Source of the DNA: Gammaproteobacteria bacterium | Lineage (GTDB): Bacteria > Pseudomonadota > Gammaproteobacteria > CAJXQU01 | Length of the DNA: 64,000 nt | Assembly (NCBI GenBank): GCA_965238175.1 | Contig: CBDEGZ010000003.1 | Span: 3,136,001 to 3,200,000, forward strand | Direction: 5' to 3' | In this document: positions 10,534 through 21,024 of the stretch, in pieces | Layout of the letters: each line of letters opens with the position of its first letter | How positions within the stretch are numbered: position 1 is the first letter of the stretch | Made by a program: the position numbers and the translations under genes | The notes under the pieces: generated by a model | Seen by the model: only the letters and a program-made list of their open reading frames with translations | Database searches by the model: none | What the model was told of the DNA's origin: nothing

Positions 10534-10836
10534 TAGAGAGTTTATCTTCTAACGCAATTACGTACGTGCATAGGAACAAGTGCTTTTCACATTTTTAAAA
10601 GGTATTTATAAAAATACAGTATACGTTAAAGTTCGAAAAAACCGCTTTGACATTCGACATATAGAAAGCCAACAACAACTTCTAAGTGGAGCACTGCTAT
10701 TGTTATCGGCCTACTGGCTCAAAGTAAGATCCGTTTTGGTTTCTAAACTGCCAGAATCCACACAACAATATCTTCCAAAAATAGGCTCTATTTAATGGTT
10801 TATATCAACCCTCATTCTCATCTTTATCACTCAAGA

Positions 10837-10978
10837 GAGACCTTTGCACGAGCAGGGATTTTATTCTCGGGCAAAGCAAAAACGCACGGAATGAGGGAGT
10901 TTATACTCATAAATGACCGATTGAGTACGTTTTTAACGATGCCAGAGAACAAAAGAACAATCGTGGTACGAAAGTCTC
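10837..10978. mobile_element. MITE-like element, copy 1 (~142 bp)
   Basis: Imperfect TIRs GAGACCTTTGCAC / GTACGAAAGTCTC; interior similar to 14760-14840 plus 16074-16152. Confidence 0.6.
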
Positions 10979-10982
10979 AAAA

Positions 10983-11432
10983 ATGAAAATCTGGGTAGAC
11001 GCCGACGCTTGTCCTGTCGTAATCAAAGAAATATTATTTCGTGCATCAAAACGTACGCAGACAGAAATCACCCTGGTTGCAAATCAATTTATGCAGATCC
11101 CAAAATCACCTTTGATCAATTTTGTCAAAGTCTCAGCTGGATTTGATGTAGCAGATGATGAAATTGTAAAAAGAATGAATGCCGGCGATCTCGTGATCAC
11201 AAATGATATTCCCTTAGCGTCAGAGATAATCGAAAAAGGCGGAACGGCGCTCAACCCTCGCGGTGAACTTTATACAACGGATAATATTAAAGAACGTCTT
11301 GATGTGCGAGATTTTATGGAAACGATGCGTTCCAGTGGAATCGAAACTGGTGGGCCGCCTGCACTCAATCAAAATGATCGACAGACATTCGCGAATCAAT
11401 TGGATAAGCTTTTAACTCAGCTTGGTAAATGA
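10983..11432 (+). CDS. YaiI/YqxD family protein (UPF0178)
   Basis: [29 protein letters not shown]. Confidence 0.93.
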   Translation: MKIWVDADACPVVIKEILFRASKRTQTEITLVANQFMQIPKSPLINFVKVSAGFDVADDEIVKRMNAGDLVITNDIPLASEIIEKGGTALNPRGELYTTDNIKERLDVRDFMETMRSSGIETGGPPALNQNDRQTFANQLDKLLTQLGK

Positions 11433-11542
11433 AATTATAAATGGACTGTCATGCTGAGGCCACGAAGCATCTTAAAGAACGGAGCCCGTGATCTCATACT
11501 TTCTGACAGAACATCTAGAGTTAATAGCGGAATTATAAAGTG

Positions 11543-11737
11543 TCGTAGGGTGTAATTATAACGACATGGATGTCGAAGGTAGGTTGTGATTAAGCATGGT
11601 TTTTATGCCGTAACCCAACATCAATTCATATCGACTTTTATATATGGTTTATGTCGGCTTATACCCCAAGCTACGCTCGCAACGGGCTCTTGCGTTACCC
11701 TACCTTCTACATCCATACAGTTGTAAGCCGACTACGA
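11543..11737. repeat. Composite palindromic REP-like element between convergent genes
   Basis: 18-bp IR ATGGATGTCGAAGGTAGG (11566-11583) / CCTACCTTCTACATCCAT (11699-11716); GTAG-tagged ends; internal GTAGGTTG…TAACCCAAC hairpin. Confidence 0.6.
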
Positions 11738-11747
11738 TACTTCTCGA

Positions 11748-12785
11748 TCAAAACACCCGCACTGATGTCGATTTAAAATTCAGCCAAACATCACTACCCA
11801 AATTTAAGGACATTTCTTGCAATGACTCTTGTGTGATTTGAACCTGAAACTTTTCGCCAGCTTCGACGGTTATCCAAACTCGGCCTTTGTCTTCAGCAAT
11901 TGCAATCACTCGTCCCTGAAAACTATTTCTCATACTGGAATTCAACGACCCATTTGATAAGACGATCTCAATTGGATCGATAACAAAATGTTTTCCATCG
12001 GAAATATCTTTTGGTAAATTGATCAAAATTTTTCCAGTCTCAAAATGATGTTGATCTTGTTGCCGATCGACATGTCCATGAAACAAATTGAGTAAGGGTG
12101 CGTTGACGATGCGACCGTTCATTAAACTGATTACTTCTTCTGACAAGGCCATTCCTTGTAGTTGATCGTGCGTACTCAAAACCACAGTCATGTTTTGAGT
12201 GCTCATCAAACTTCGTAATAAATTTTCTAAACTCTCTACACTTTTTTGATCGAGATGAGCAAATGGTTCATCTAGCAATAATACTTTTGGTTGAAGAATT
12301 AACGCACGGGCTAGCGATACTTTTTGCGCTTCGCCTCCAGAGAGTTCTTTTACATTTCGATGGTGGAAGTCACTAACCCCAACTTGTTTTAAAACCTGAT
12401 CAATTTGAGATTTTTGAACTGTCTTTGGTTGGCCACGAAAGTTTAATCCAAGCGCAATATTTTCTTCAACAGTTCCTTTTAGTAGATAAGGATTTTGTGA
12501 AACGAGCGCGACATTTCTACGAAGTGAAAGTACCGTCTTTTGATCAGATTGATTGTTCGATTTCTGGTTTAACTTCTGATCAAAAAAAGTCAGCTCACCT
12601 TGATCGGGAGTTTGTAAAAAAGCTAATAAATTAAGTAAGGTTGATTTGCCTGATCCATTACTGCCGATCAACGTTGTGATCTGATTTCGTTTAATGGCTA
12701 GATCAGAAATTTCCAACTTGAAATCATTATCATAGCGATAGCTTAGATCGCTTAAGTGGTAAGCAAGATCTTGGTTATTGATCAT
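11748..12785 (-). CDS. Tungstate/molybdate ABC transporter ATPase with C-terminal TOBE (TupC/WtpC-like)
   Basis: GSNGSGKST, LSGGE, LLLDEP, SSMRNSFQG TOBE tail; overlaps the permease gene. Confidence 0.85.
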   Translation of the reverse strand: MINNQDLAYHLSDLSYRYDNDFKLEISDLAIKRNQITTLIGSNGSGKSTLLNLLAFLQTPDQGELTFFDQKLNQKSNNQSDQKTVLSLRRNVALVSQNPYLLKGTVEENIALGLNFRGQPKTVQKSQIDQVLKQVGVSDFHHRNVKELSGGEAQKVSLARALILQPKVLLLDEPFAHLDQKSVESLENLLRSLMSTQNMTVVLSTHDQLQGMALSEEVISLMNGRIVNAPLLNLFHGHVDRQQDQHHFETGKILINLPKDISDGKHFVIDPIEIVLSNGSLNSSMRNSFQGRVIAIAEDKGRVWITVEAGEKFQVQITQESLQEMSLNLGSDVWLNFKSTSVRVF

Positions 12786-13480
12786 GACCTTGCACTTTTG
12801 CTGCTTAGAAATTGCAAGCCAAAATTAACCACAAAAGCGATAATCAGCAATAACACGCCGAGCGCCAGCGCCAACTCAAATTCACCTTTGCTGGTTTCAA
12901 GTGCGATCGCTGTGGTCATTGTTCTCGTGAAACCTTCGATATTTCCGCCCAACATCATCGCGGCACCGACTTCTCCAATCGCCCGACCAAAGCCTGCGAC
13001 GATTGCCGCCATCACCGCAAATCGAGTTTCTCGCAAGACTTGCCAGGTAAGCTGGATTTTATCCGCGCCTAATGATCGTAATGTCGGTACCAATCGTTTA
13101 TCTGAAGATTGAACTGCCACAATTGTCAGGTTAAGAATAATCGGCAGGATCAAAATACATTCTGCGATCACCACGGCGGCAGGCGTATATAACAGTTCTA
13201 ATTCGCCCATTGGCCCTTGTCGGGTGAATAAGCCGTACAACAATAAACCGATCACAACCGTTGGCATCGCCATTAATGTATTGAGAATTTGCTGTAGGAA
13301 TTGCTTGCCACGAAATTCACTAAGTGCGATGACAACACCAGAAGGTACGGCGATTACTGCCGCGAAGATCGCCGCCATGATCGATATCTTTAAGGATGTC
13401 CAGGCGATGAACCACACCTCTGGATCAAATTTAAAAACCAGATCTAGCGCGGCTGAAAAGGACTCGGTAAAATATCCCAC
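12782..13480 (-). CDS. tupB: Tungstate ABC transporter permease
   Basis: NTLMAMPTVVIGL, AGFGRAIGEVGAAMMLGGNIEGFTRTMTTAIALETSKG. Confidence 0.85.
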   Translation of the reverse strand: MGYFTESFSAALDLVFKFDPEVWFIAWTSLKISIMAAIFAAVIAVPSGVVIALSEFRGKQFLQQILNTLMAMPTVVIGLLLYGLFTRQGPMGELELLYTPAAVVIAECILILPIILNLTIVAVQSSDKRLVPTLRSLGADKIQLTWQVLRETRFAVMAAIVAGFGRAIGEVGAAMMLGGNIEGFTRTMTTAIALETSKGEFELALALGVLLLIIAFVVNFGLQFLSSKSARS

Positions 13481-13510
13481 AGGAATGTGTTCGGTATTAA
13501 CTCAATTGAC

Positions 13511-13963
13511 TTAGCTTAGTCGACCATTAATCACATATTTCATGATCTCAACAATTTCTTCCGGTGTTTTGGCGACGGCAAGTGCGGCCGCATCAACTTC
13601 TTTGAGCGGATGCGTCAGTTCTGGATCATGCATGCTGATCAAGGACTTACCCAAGGCCGCTGCATAACCCGCATCAAACGCTGCATTCCATTGTCGGTAT
13701 TTATCACCAAATCGCACCACAACCACATCCGCTTTTTCGATTAAGGTTCTTGTGCGGATCGAATTTATTTTTGAGGCTTTATGATCTTTCCAGAAAGGCG
13801 TTTGCTCGGTGCCCAGAATATGATCGCCACAATCATCACTTGATGCATGATCAGTCACCGGTGCGGTTAATGTAATGGGCAGGCCTGCGTCTTTGATGCC
13901 TGATTCAATTCGTTCGCGCCAGTCGCTGTGGATCTCGCCGGACAGGTAAAGATTCCAGTTCAT
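13511..13963 (-). CDS. YtoQ family protein
   Basis: YLSGEIHSDWR, PVTDHASSDDCG, VRFGDKYRQWNAAFDAG. Confidence 0.85.
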   Translation of the reverse strand: MNWNLYLSGEIHSDWRERIESGIKDAGLPITLTAPVTDHASSDDCGDHILGTEQTPFWKDHKASKINSIRTRTLIEKADVVVVRFGDKYRQWNAAFDAGYAAALGKSLISMHDPELTHPLKEVDAAALAVAKTPEEIVEIMKYVINGRLS

Positions 13964-14000
13964 GTTTTCTCCTTCTGATTATAGAATAGGCGCTAGTTTA

Positions 14001-14582
14001 ATGAATCCTATGACATCCATCCAATTCATCGACAAAATCGCACCCATTGACGAGAGCCAGCAGCTACTGGTCATTGATCGGCAAAATGTACTGATCGAGC
14101 TTGCAGAAAATGAAATGGGCAAAAAAATTCCACAGATTGAGATCACATTTGATCTTTCAGGCCGAACCGCCGGCATGTATTGTTCGCATAAACGTCAACG
14201 ATGGATCCGCTACAACCCATATATTTTCGCCAAGTATTTTGAGGAGAATTTTGCCACAACTATTCCCCATGAAATTGCACATTACCTGGTTGATCATATT
14301 TATAGATTACGACGTGCTCCGCATGGAAAAGAGTGGCAGTCGATGATGCATCTTTTAGGTTGTGAACCAGAAACAACACATAAATTTGATCTGGAAGGGG
14401 TGCCCGTAAAACGTCAACAACGACACCTTTATCGTTGCAGTTGTCAGGAACATAAACTAAGCAGCACCCGCCATAACCGTGCTCAAGCTAACGGTGTTCG
14501 AGGGCGAAAAAAACAAAATTATTTCTGTAGAAATTGTCGTGAAGTTTTAGTTTACGTTGAGGGAAATATCTCAAATGGGTGA
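14001..14582 (+). CDS. SprT-like zinc metalloprotease
   Basis: G-x-TAG, IRYNP, HEIAH, PHGKEW, C-terminal CxC/CxxC. Confidence 0.88.
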   Translation: MNPMTSIQFIDKIAPIDESQQLLVIDRQNVLIELAENEMGKKIPQIEITFDLSGRTAGMYCSHKRQRWIRYNPYIFAKYFEENFATTIPHEIAHYLVDHIYRLRRAPHGKEWQSMMHLLGCEPETTHKFDLEGVPVKRQQRHLYRCSCQEHKLSSTRHNRAQANGVRGRKKQNYFCRNCREVLVYVEGNISNG

Positions 14583-14760
14583 TGTGATCAAATTCCGAAA
14601 ACCGTCACTTGCTGACAAGGCCAAAGCTCACACGATGTGTAAACGTGGATTTCATAAATGGAAGGTTGTGACAGAACAAAAATTCGATGTGAAGCAAGGA
14701 CGACTTATTACTCTGTCGCGCTGTTCACGTTGTGGCAAAGAAAAAACAGATGCTGTTTAG
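14575..14760 (+). CDS. Small conserved hypothetical protein (Cys/His, possible Zn ribbon)
   Basis: MGDVIKFRKP…C-x3-HKW…FDVKQGRL…CSRCG. Confidence 0.65.
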   Translation: MGDVIKFRKPSLADKAKAHTMCKRGFHKWKVVTEQKFDVKQGRLITLSRCSRCGKEKTDAV

Positions 14761-14840
14761 AGACCCTTGCTCGGAAGAATGTTTTACTTCCATGCAAGAC
14801 AAAAACACGCGTAAAGAAGGAATTTATACTTCATATAATC

Positions 14841-16066
14841 TGTAGAAGTTTAGACCCAATCTGACACATCACTAAATCAAGCGGAGCGTAGCGACGCTTG
14901 ATTTAGTGAGAGTTACCCGCTTTGATGTAACTGCAACGTAAACATCAAAACACAAAGAGGTAACTCTCATGATTCATACTAATGACAAAGTTATAAAACA
15001 TAAAGTTGGTCTACTCAATCTCGCTGAAGAACTCGGCAATGTCTCAAAAGCCTGCAAGATGATGGGTTTGTCCAGAGATACATTTTATCGCTACAAAGAA
15101 GCGGCTGATGAAGGCGGTGTAGAAGCCTTGTTTGATCGTAATCGGCGTACCCCAAATCTTAAAAACAGAATCGACCCGGCTATTGAAACCGTTGTGCTCG
15201 AGTATGCACTGGAAGAGCCCGCACATGGTCAAACGCGCACCAGTAACGAGCTGCGCAAACGGGGAACATTTGTCTCACCCAGTGGCGTTCGTTGTATCTG
15301 GCTTCGTCATGGTCTTGCTTGCTTTAAAGATCGCCTGAAGGCATTGTCTGATAAGGTAGCTGGTGAAGGCTTGATCCTCACTGAGTCTCAAGTCGCGGCG
15401 ATGGAACGCAAAAAAGACGACGATGAGGCTTGTGGCGAGATAGAAACGGCACACCCTGGTTATCTTGGCTCGCAAGATACTTACTATGTCGGTACTTTCA
15501 AAGGCATTGGTCGGGTTTATCAACAAACGTTTGTTGATACTTACAGCAAGGTCGCTCACGCGAAACTGTACCCGACTAAAACACCGATTACGGCAGCTGA
15601 CATGCTCAATGACCGCGTCCTCCCATTCTACGAACAACAACGTTTGCCTATGTTGCGCATTTTGACAGATAGAGGGACGGAGTATTGTGGGCGAGCTGAC
15701 CAGCATGATTATCAGCTTTATATGGCGTTGAACAATATCGAACACACCAAAACCAAGGTCAAATCACCTCAGACGAATGGTATTTGTGAGCGATTCCATA
15801 AGACGATCCTCAATGAGTTTTATCAAGTCGCTTTGCGTAAGAAAATTTACCAATCGATTGATGAACTGCAACTCGACCTTGACGAATGGTTGCTCAAATA
15901 CAATACTCAACGAACTCACCAAGGCAAAATGTGCTGCGGGAGGACGCCGATGGAAACACTCATCGACGGACAAGCTATCTGGAAGGAAAAGTTTGTGAAT
16001 TAAACTTAACCTGACAGTCGGTTACTGATAATTGGGTAACTGTCAGATCAAATCTGAATTTCTACA
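14841..16066 (+). mobile_element. IS481-family insertion sequence, apparently intact
   Basis: TGT…ACA ends; imperfect IRs TGTAGAAGTTTAGACCCAATCTGACA / TGTAGAAATTCAGATTTGATCTGACA; 7-bp direct repeat TATAATC at 14834-14840 and 16067-16073. Confidence 0.92.
14969..16003 (+). CDS. IS481-family DDE transposase
   Basis: HTH (LGNVSKAC…SRDTFYR); GSQDT, LTDRGTEY, PQTNGICERFH integrase core. Confidence 0.95.
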   Translation: MIHTNDKVIKHKVGLLNLAEELGNVSKACKMMGLSRDTFYRYKEAADEGGVEALFDRNRRTPNLKNRIDPAIETVVLEYALEEPAHGQTRTSNELRKRGTFVSPSGVRCIWLRHGLACFKDRLKALSDKVAGEGLILTESQVAAMERKKDDDEACGEIETAHPGYLGSQDTYYVGTFKGIGRVYQQTFVDTYSKVAHAKLYPTKTPITAADMLNDRVLPFYEQQRLPMLRILTDRGTEYCGRADQHDYQLYMALNNIEHTKTKVKSPQTNGICERFHKTILNEFYQVALRKKIYQSIDELQLDLDEWLLKYNTQRTHQGKMCCGRTPMETLIDGQAIWKEKFVN

Positions 16067-16154
16067 TATAATCGATTGAGCATGTTTGTACCAACTGTAG
16101 GCACTTTAGGCGCCGCCGCTTGAGGACAAAATAGCTTGCGTGTAATGGTCTCGT

Positions 16155-17372
16155 TTAGATTTTTCTGAACACTAAAGACGCGTTCGTCCCACCAAAACCA
16201 AAACTATTTGACATAACTGTTGTTAATCCTGCATTTTCGATCAGTTCTTGAACAATCGGCATACCTTCAGCACCAGGATCTAGCTCAGTAATATTTGCCG
16301 AGGCAGATAGGAAATCATTTTCCAACATCAGTAAGGAATAAATCGCTTCATTAATGCCTGCGGCACCTTGAGCATGTCCCGTCAGTGATTTTGTTGAACT
16401 GATCTTAGGAATACTCTGACCTTCAAATGCTTGTTTAACCGCATCAAGCTCAACTGTATCACCCGCAGGCGTAGCAGTACCATGTGCATTAATGTAGTCA
16501 ATGTCACCCTCAAGATCAGCTTTGGCCAGTTTCATACAATTTACCGCACCAACGCCAGAAGGTTTAACCATATCCTCACCATCGGATGCTGCGCCATAAC
16601 CGACTATCTCTGCGTAGATTTTCACACCACGTGCTTTAGCATGTTCATACTCTTCCAGAACTAGTGAACCACCACCAGCAGAAATAACAAATCCATCTCG
16701 GTTGGCATCGTAAGGTCGAGAAGCTATCGTTGGATCTTCATTATATTTGGATGACAAAGCACCCATTGCGTCAAACAAAATTGTCAACGACCAGTGTAAT
16801 TCTTCACCGCCGCCTGCGAACATGACATCCTGTTTACCCATTTGGATCAATTCTGCAGCATTACCAATGCAGTGCGCGCTGGTAGCACAAGCTGAACTGA
16901 TGCTATAACTGGTACCTTTGATTTTAAATACCGTGCTCAAATTTGCACTGGTGGTACTGCCCATAGCTCTTGGAACTAACGTTGGCGGTACTTTTCGCGC
17001 ACCGCGTTCACGCAGAGTGTCTACAGCTAATAAAATATTTTCATTAGAAGCTCCGCCTGAACCGGTGATCAAACCGGTACGCACGTTGGAAATATCACTT
17101 TCTTCCAAACCCGAATCTTCAATCGCTTGCGCCAACGCGATATAGTTATAAGCAGCGGCATTGCCCATAAAACGCATTAACTTGCGATCTACGAATTCAG
17201 TTGGGTCTAAATTGATGGATCCGTGGATATGAGAGCGAAAACCAAGATCAGCATATTCCTGACAAAATTCTATGCCTGATCGTCCTGTCCGAAGCGAAGC
17301 GGTAACCTCATCTTTGTTATTGCCAATGCTGGAAACAATACCCAAACCTGTTACGACAACTCTTCTCATCAC
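16155..17372 (-). CDS. fabB: 3-oxoacyl-ACP synthase I
   Basis: [37 protein letters not shown]; downstream of fabA. Confidence 0.96.
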   Translation of the reverse strand: MMRRVVVTGLGIVSSIGNNKDEVTASLRTGRSGIEFCQEYADLGFRSHIHGSINLDPTEFVDRKLMRFMGNAAAYNYIALAQAIEDSGLEESDISNVRTGLITGSGGASNENILLAVDTLRERGARKVPPTLVPRAMGSTTSANLSTVFKIKGTSYSISSACATSAHCIGNAAELIQMGKQDVMFAGGGEELHWSLTILFDAMGALSSKYNEDPTIASRPYDANRDGFVISAGGGSLVLEEYEHAKARGVKIYAEIVGYGAASDGEDMVKPSGVGAVNCMKLAKADLEGDIDYINAHGTATPAGDTVELDAVKQAFEGQSIPKISSTKSLTGHAQGAAGINEAIYSLLMLENDFLSASANITELDPGAEGMPIVQELIENAGLTTVMSNSFGFGGTNASLVFRKI

Positions 17373-17379
17373 TTAACCC

Positions 17380-17907
17380 TTAAAAATCCTCGGTTGAGGT
17401 AAATAGCCCCACCTTCAAGTCTTTAGCAGCATAGATTTCTTTACCATCAACTTCCATCGTGGCATCCGCAACACCCATAAATAACTTACGCATAATTAAC
17501 CTTTTAATATCAATGCGATAAGTGATCATTTTATTTGTTGGCAAGACTTGCCCAGTAAATTTTACCTCGCCCGCACCTAGCGCTCGCCCCTTTCCAGGAC
17601 CTCCTCGCCAACCAAGATAGAAACCAACCAACTGCCACAATGCATCTAGCCCCAAACAACCTGGCATGACTGGATCACTGATAAAGTGACAATCGAAAAA
17701 CCAGAGATCGGGTTTAATATCTAATTCTGCAATAATTTGACCCTTACCTACGCTTCCGCCATCCGTCGTAATTGACAAAATTCGATCAAACATCAAAAAA
17801 GGTGGAGCTGGTAATCGCGCATTCCCTGGGCCAAAAAGCTTTCCTTCTGCGGATGCTATTAATTCTTCGTAACTAAACTGGTTTCTGCTTGTTAAATCTG
17901 CCGTCAT
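17380..17907 (-). CDS. fabA: 3-hydroxydecanoyl-ACP dehydratase/isomerase
   Basis: [17 protein letters not shown][14 protein letters not shown]. Confidence 0.97.
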   Translation of the reverse strand: MTADLTSRNQFSYEELIASAEGKLFGPGNARLPAPPFLMFDRILSITTDGGSVGKGQIIAELDIKPDLWFFDCHFISDPVMPGCLGLDALWQLVGFYLGWRGGPGKGRALGAGEVKFTGQVLPTNKMITYRIDIKRLIMRKLFMGVADATMEVDGKEIYAAKDLKVGLFTSTEDF

Positions 17908-18056
17908 CAGAATGCCGTTCCTTATTTCAAAATTTTCACAAATTTGTATTATAGATATATACGCATATTAACTCATAATCGTAATTCAAGGGTAATCATC
18001 CGTCACTTCAAATTTCTACTCGAAACTATGGATAACTTATGAAAGACTAGTCTGCT

Positions 18057-18887
18057 ATGAAACGATTACTTTCTCTTAATACTTGGCACATAGTTTTACG
18101 CTTTGTATTGTCTCTGACATTTCTGCACTATTTCCCTCAGGCAATTGCTGGGGAAACAAAAATTGCGGCTGCAGCGAGCCTGACTTTCGTATTGGAAGAA
18201 ATAGTCGAACAATTCGAGTCTGAGACTGGCAATAAAATCAAAATCAGCTTTGCTTCATCGGGAACGTTAACCCGACAAATCGAAAAAGGTGCGCCTTTCG
18301 AACTTTTTTTATCTGCTGATGAGACTTACGTAGATAGACTAATAAACCAAAATTTCACCCAGGGTAAATCTAATGTTTATGCCTTGGGACATCTAGTGAT
18401 TTTTCAACCTGGAACGGATCATTCACAGCAGTTAAATCAAGACCTTTTGTCACTTGATTCTGCGCTAGGAAATAATTTAATCACACATTTTTCGATACCT
18501 AATCCTGAACTAGCCCCCTATGGAAGAATCGCAAAACAAGCATTTCAGAATGCGGGTCTATGGGAAAAAATACTTCCCTTTTTGATCTATGGTGAAAGTG
18601 CATCTCAATCTGCAATGTTTGTGAAAAATCAATCTGTGGAAGGAGCTTTACTACCTGAATCGCTGGCTATTATTCTAAAACAGAAAGGGTTTGGAAATTA
18701 CCAATTACTGTCAACTGATCTTTACTCTGCATTAAATCAAAAAATGGTTTTATTAAACAACGCAGGTGCTGTCGCAAATACGTTTTATACTTATCTCCTA
18801 CAAGATAATGCTCAAAAAATATTTAAAAAAAATGGCTTCGGTTCTATAAATCCTGCATTAAACATAAAAAATATAGTGAAAAAATAA
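18057..18887 (+). CDS. modA: Molybdate ABC transporter periplasmic binding protein
   Basis: Signal peptide; AAAASL, FASSG-x-L-x-x-QI-x-x-GAPF-x-LFLSA, NP-x-LAPYG. Confidence 0.88.
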   Translation: MKRLLSLNTWHIVLRFVLSLTFLHYFPQAIAGETKIAAAASLTFVLEEIVEQFESETGNKIKISFASSGTLTRQIEKGAPFELFLSADETYVDRLINQNFTQGKSNVYALGHLVIFQPGTDHSQQLNQDLLSLDSALGNNLITHFSIPNPELAPYGRIAKQAFQNAGLWEKILPFLIYGESASQSAMFVKNQSVEGALLPESLAIILKQKGFGNYQLLSTDLYSALNQKMVLLNNAGAVANTFYTYLLQDNAQKIFKKNGFGSINPALNIKNIVKK

Positions 18888-19166
18888 TTATGGATTGGGC
18901 TTCGTTCTATTTCATCTTTAAACTCAGGGTACAGATATTGTCAACTTAGATTGTTACTGCTCACTCTTAAGCTTATGCTTCCTTTTACAATAAATGGCTG
19001 GTTTTCGTTCTCCCTCGGACAATAAATTGAGCTTTGTATAACGATGGCAAGTCAACAGATATCGTTCAGTATCAATCAAGGTTGCCTTAGTTAATATAAT
19101 TTATGTTTCCATTATTCCCAATCACTAACATCTAAAATTTCAAAATATAGTGCCCTGTTTGATTTA

Positions 19167-19886
19167 CTATCTTCCCCTTAAATTAGGATTTGTTTCTGGT
19201 GTTTCTATAGTTGATTCGCTTTGTGGTCTGTTTTGTGAAATAAAATAAGGATTTTCATGTGCCAGTGCGATTAACATTACCGGGAATTTCTTAGCAATAT
19301 CTTCTCTTCTATGTGTGTATATAGCAGCACTTAAATATTCATCTAATGCAAAAAGATTCTTAGAAAATTCAGTTGCTAATAATTTCTTAGCACCTTCTAA
19401 TGTTAAAACATATGCATGTGAATTATATGAATGTCTAGGTGACATCCAAATATCTTCCACTTTATTTTCAAGAGTTTCTTTATCAATAATAGATCTACCT
19501 AAAAATATTAAATCCCAATCAACGGTTGGTTCATTTAATTCAGCAACACTTCCATTTGGATTAAAATCATCTTCTAATATTAAAGTCCTTTCAATACCTA
19601 ACTCTACAATTTTCTTCCAAACCATAATATGGCTAACTGAACATCCCACTTCTCCGGGGAGTACATCTCTAGACCACCATTTATTCCAATGGTCTTTACC
19701 TAAATTCCAGCCTGCATATTTTGACATGCCTTTCGGCATATCTCCCATTCTACCATCATACGCTTGCATAATTTCATAATCAGTCATCCCATCGAAATCA
19801 CATTCAGCTAAATTGGCAGATATTTTTTGTTGGGCCTCAACATGAGTAGCATCCAACGAAATTATGTATATTTTATCTAGCTTCAT
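19167..19886 (-). CDS. Glycosyltransferase family 25
   Basis: IYIISL, GEVGCSVSH-x-x-VW, LILEDD, WDLIFLG, HAYVLT-x-x-GAKKLL; low GC. Confidence 0.85.
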   Translation of the reverse strand: MKLDKIYIISLDATHVEAQQKISANLAECDFDGMTDYEIMQAYDGRMGDMPKGMSKYAGWNLGKDHWNKWWSRDVLPGEVGCSVSHIMVWKKIVELGIERTLILEDDFNPNGSVAELNEPTVDWDLIFLGRSIIDKETLENKVEDIWMSPRHSYNSHAYVLTLEGAKKLLATEFSKNLFALDEYLSAAIYTHRREDIAKKFPVMLIALAHENPYFISQNRPQSESTIETPETNPNLRGR

Positions 19887-20903
19887 CGTATTAATATATT
19901 TGTCCTTTTAATAATAATTGTTCGAACAATAATACTTTCCAATCTAAAACTCGTTCCATGTTTGTTTTTAGCACACTCATTTTCTTTGCTTTGTGCAATA
20001 CGATGTTACGTAACATCAGAAATTTAGAAATCTGCTTCTAGCATCGCTCGGTATAATGTTCTTTGATCGACGCTTCCTTTTAAAATCAACATCCATATTT
20101 AATAAAAATTCCATTATGTCTAAATGTATCTGAAAACATTTCTTCCTTAAATTCTTGACAATTTTTTAATAAATCAACAACGTTATGGTCTAAACCTAAC
20201 AACCATATGAATTTATTAATGTTTCTCTTTGGATATTCTATAAACGTAAAAGCACCAACACCATTTCCAATTATAAATGAACCACAATATATTGGCTAAG
20301 GAAATAAGAATGAAAAAATTAAATTATCCTTTACCCACTATATAGTTTCTTAAAAATGTGAATATAACTTCCATCACAATTATTGCAAAATAATGTTAAG
20401 AAAACCAATTCGAATGAGAACTTATATCGTAGACTTCTGATGAATCATCTCCGTTGAATACTATCCAATTCTTGTTCCAAAACAAGCATCAAATACTAGC
20501 AGAATAACAGCTGCATTTTTATAGGTTGGTTATACGATGAAAAAGATTGGCGATTACATTGAAAAACATTATACAATTATCAGCAGGGCGATTAAACTGA
20601 ATAAGTGGTCTGATATTGAAATATCTGGCCCTGGACTTTGCTGAACTTCTTGTGGTTTTTTATCGATTCGTTTTATATTCAAGTTTTGTTTTTCGAACGA
20701 CTACTTTTCCAACAATATTAAAACCCGCTTGAGTTAGTCCAACATTTTTCGGTCACAGTTGGTTCGGTTTAGTTTTATTCAGTTCTGTATTTCAGTCAAA
20801 CGTTTTGTTTTAATTCCGGCTTTTAAAATTTCGAACTCAATTTATTTTCCGCCTAAGCTTTGTGGTCTTACGACTGTATTTCTGCATTAAAACCATTAGT
20901 TTA

Positions 20904-21019
20904 TATAAGAACAACAAGGGATTAAAATGCACTTGCTTTTCTATTTTAGCGGACTCTATATAAAATGAAACAGCATTGGGTTTATTACTTAACCCTTATT
21001 ATTCTTATACTCTGTTGGC
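20904..21019 (-). repeat. Long imperfect hairpin with GCCAAC core after a stop codon (attC-like relic)
   Basis: Arms 20904-20925 and 20989-21009 pair on the minus strand with G:T wobbles; GTTGGC at 21014-21019. Confidence 0.4.
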
Positions 21020-21024
21020 GATAG

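Larger units (their letters stand above)
14760..16152. mobile_element. MITE-like element, copy 2, interrupted by IS481
   Basis: Ends GAGACCCTTGCTCG (14760) and CGTGTAATGGTCTC (16152); the halves rejoin across the TATAATC duplication. Confidence 0.55.

Noticed and set aside
10580-10986. Two short plus-strand ORFs
   Set aside because: The second is mostly MITE sequence; the first looks like a truncated fragment I cannot assign.
14658-14864. 68-aa ORF
   Set aside because: Reads through the MITE and IS end; overlaps the better small gene.
17940-17975. Possible ModE box upstream of modA
   Set aside because: Only a loose AT-rich match in an AT-rich region.
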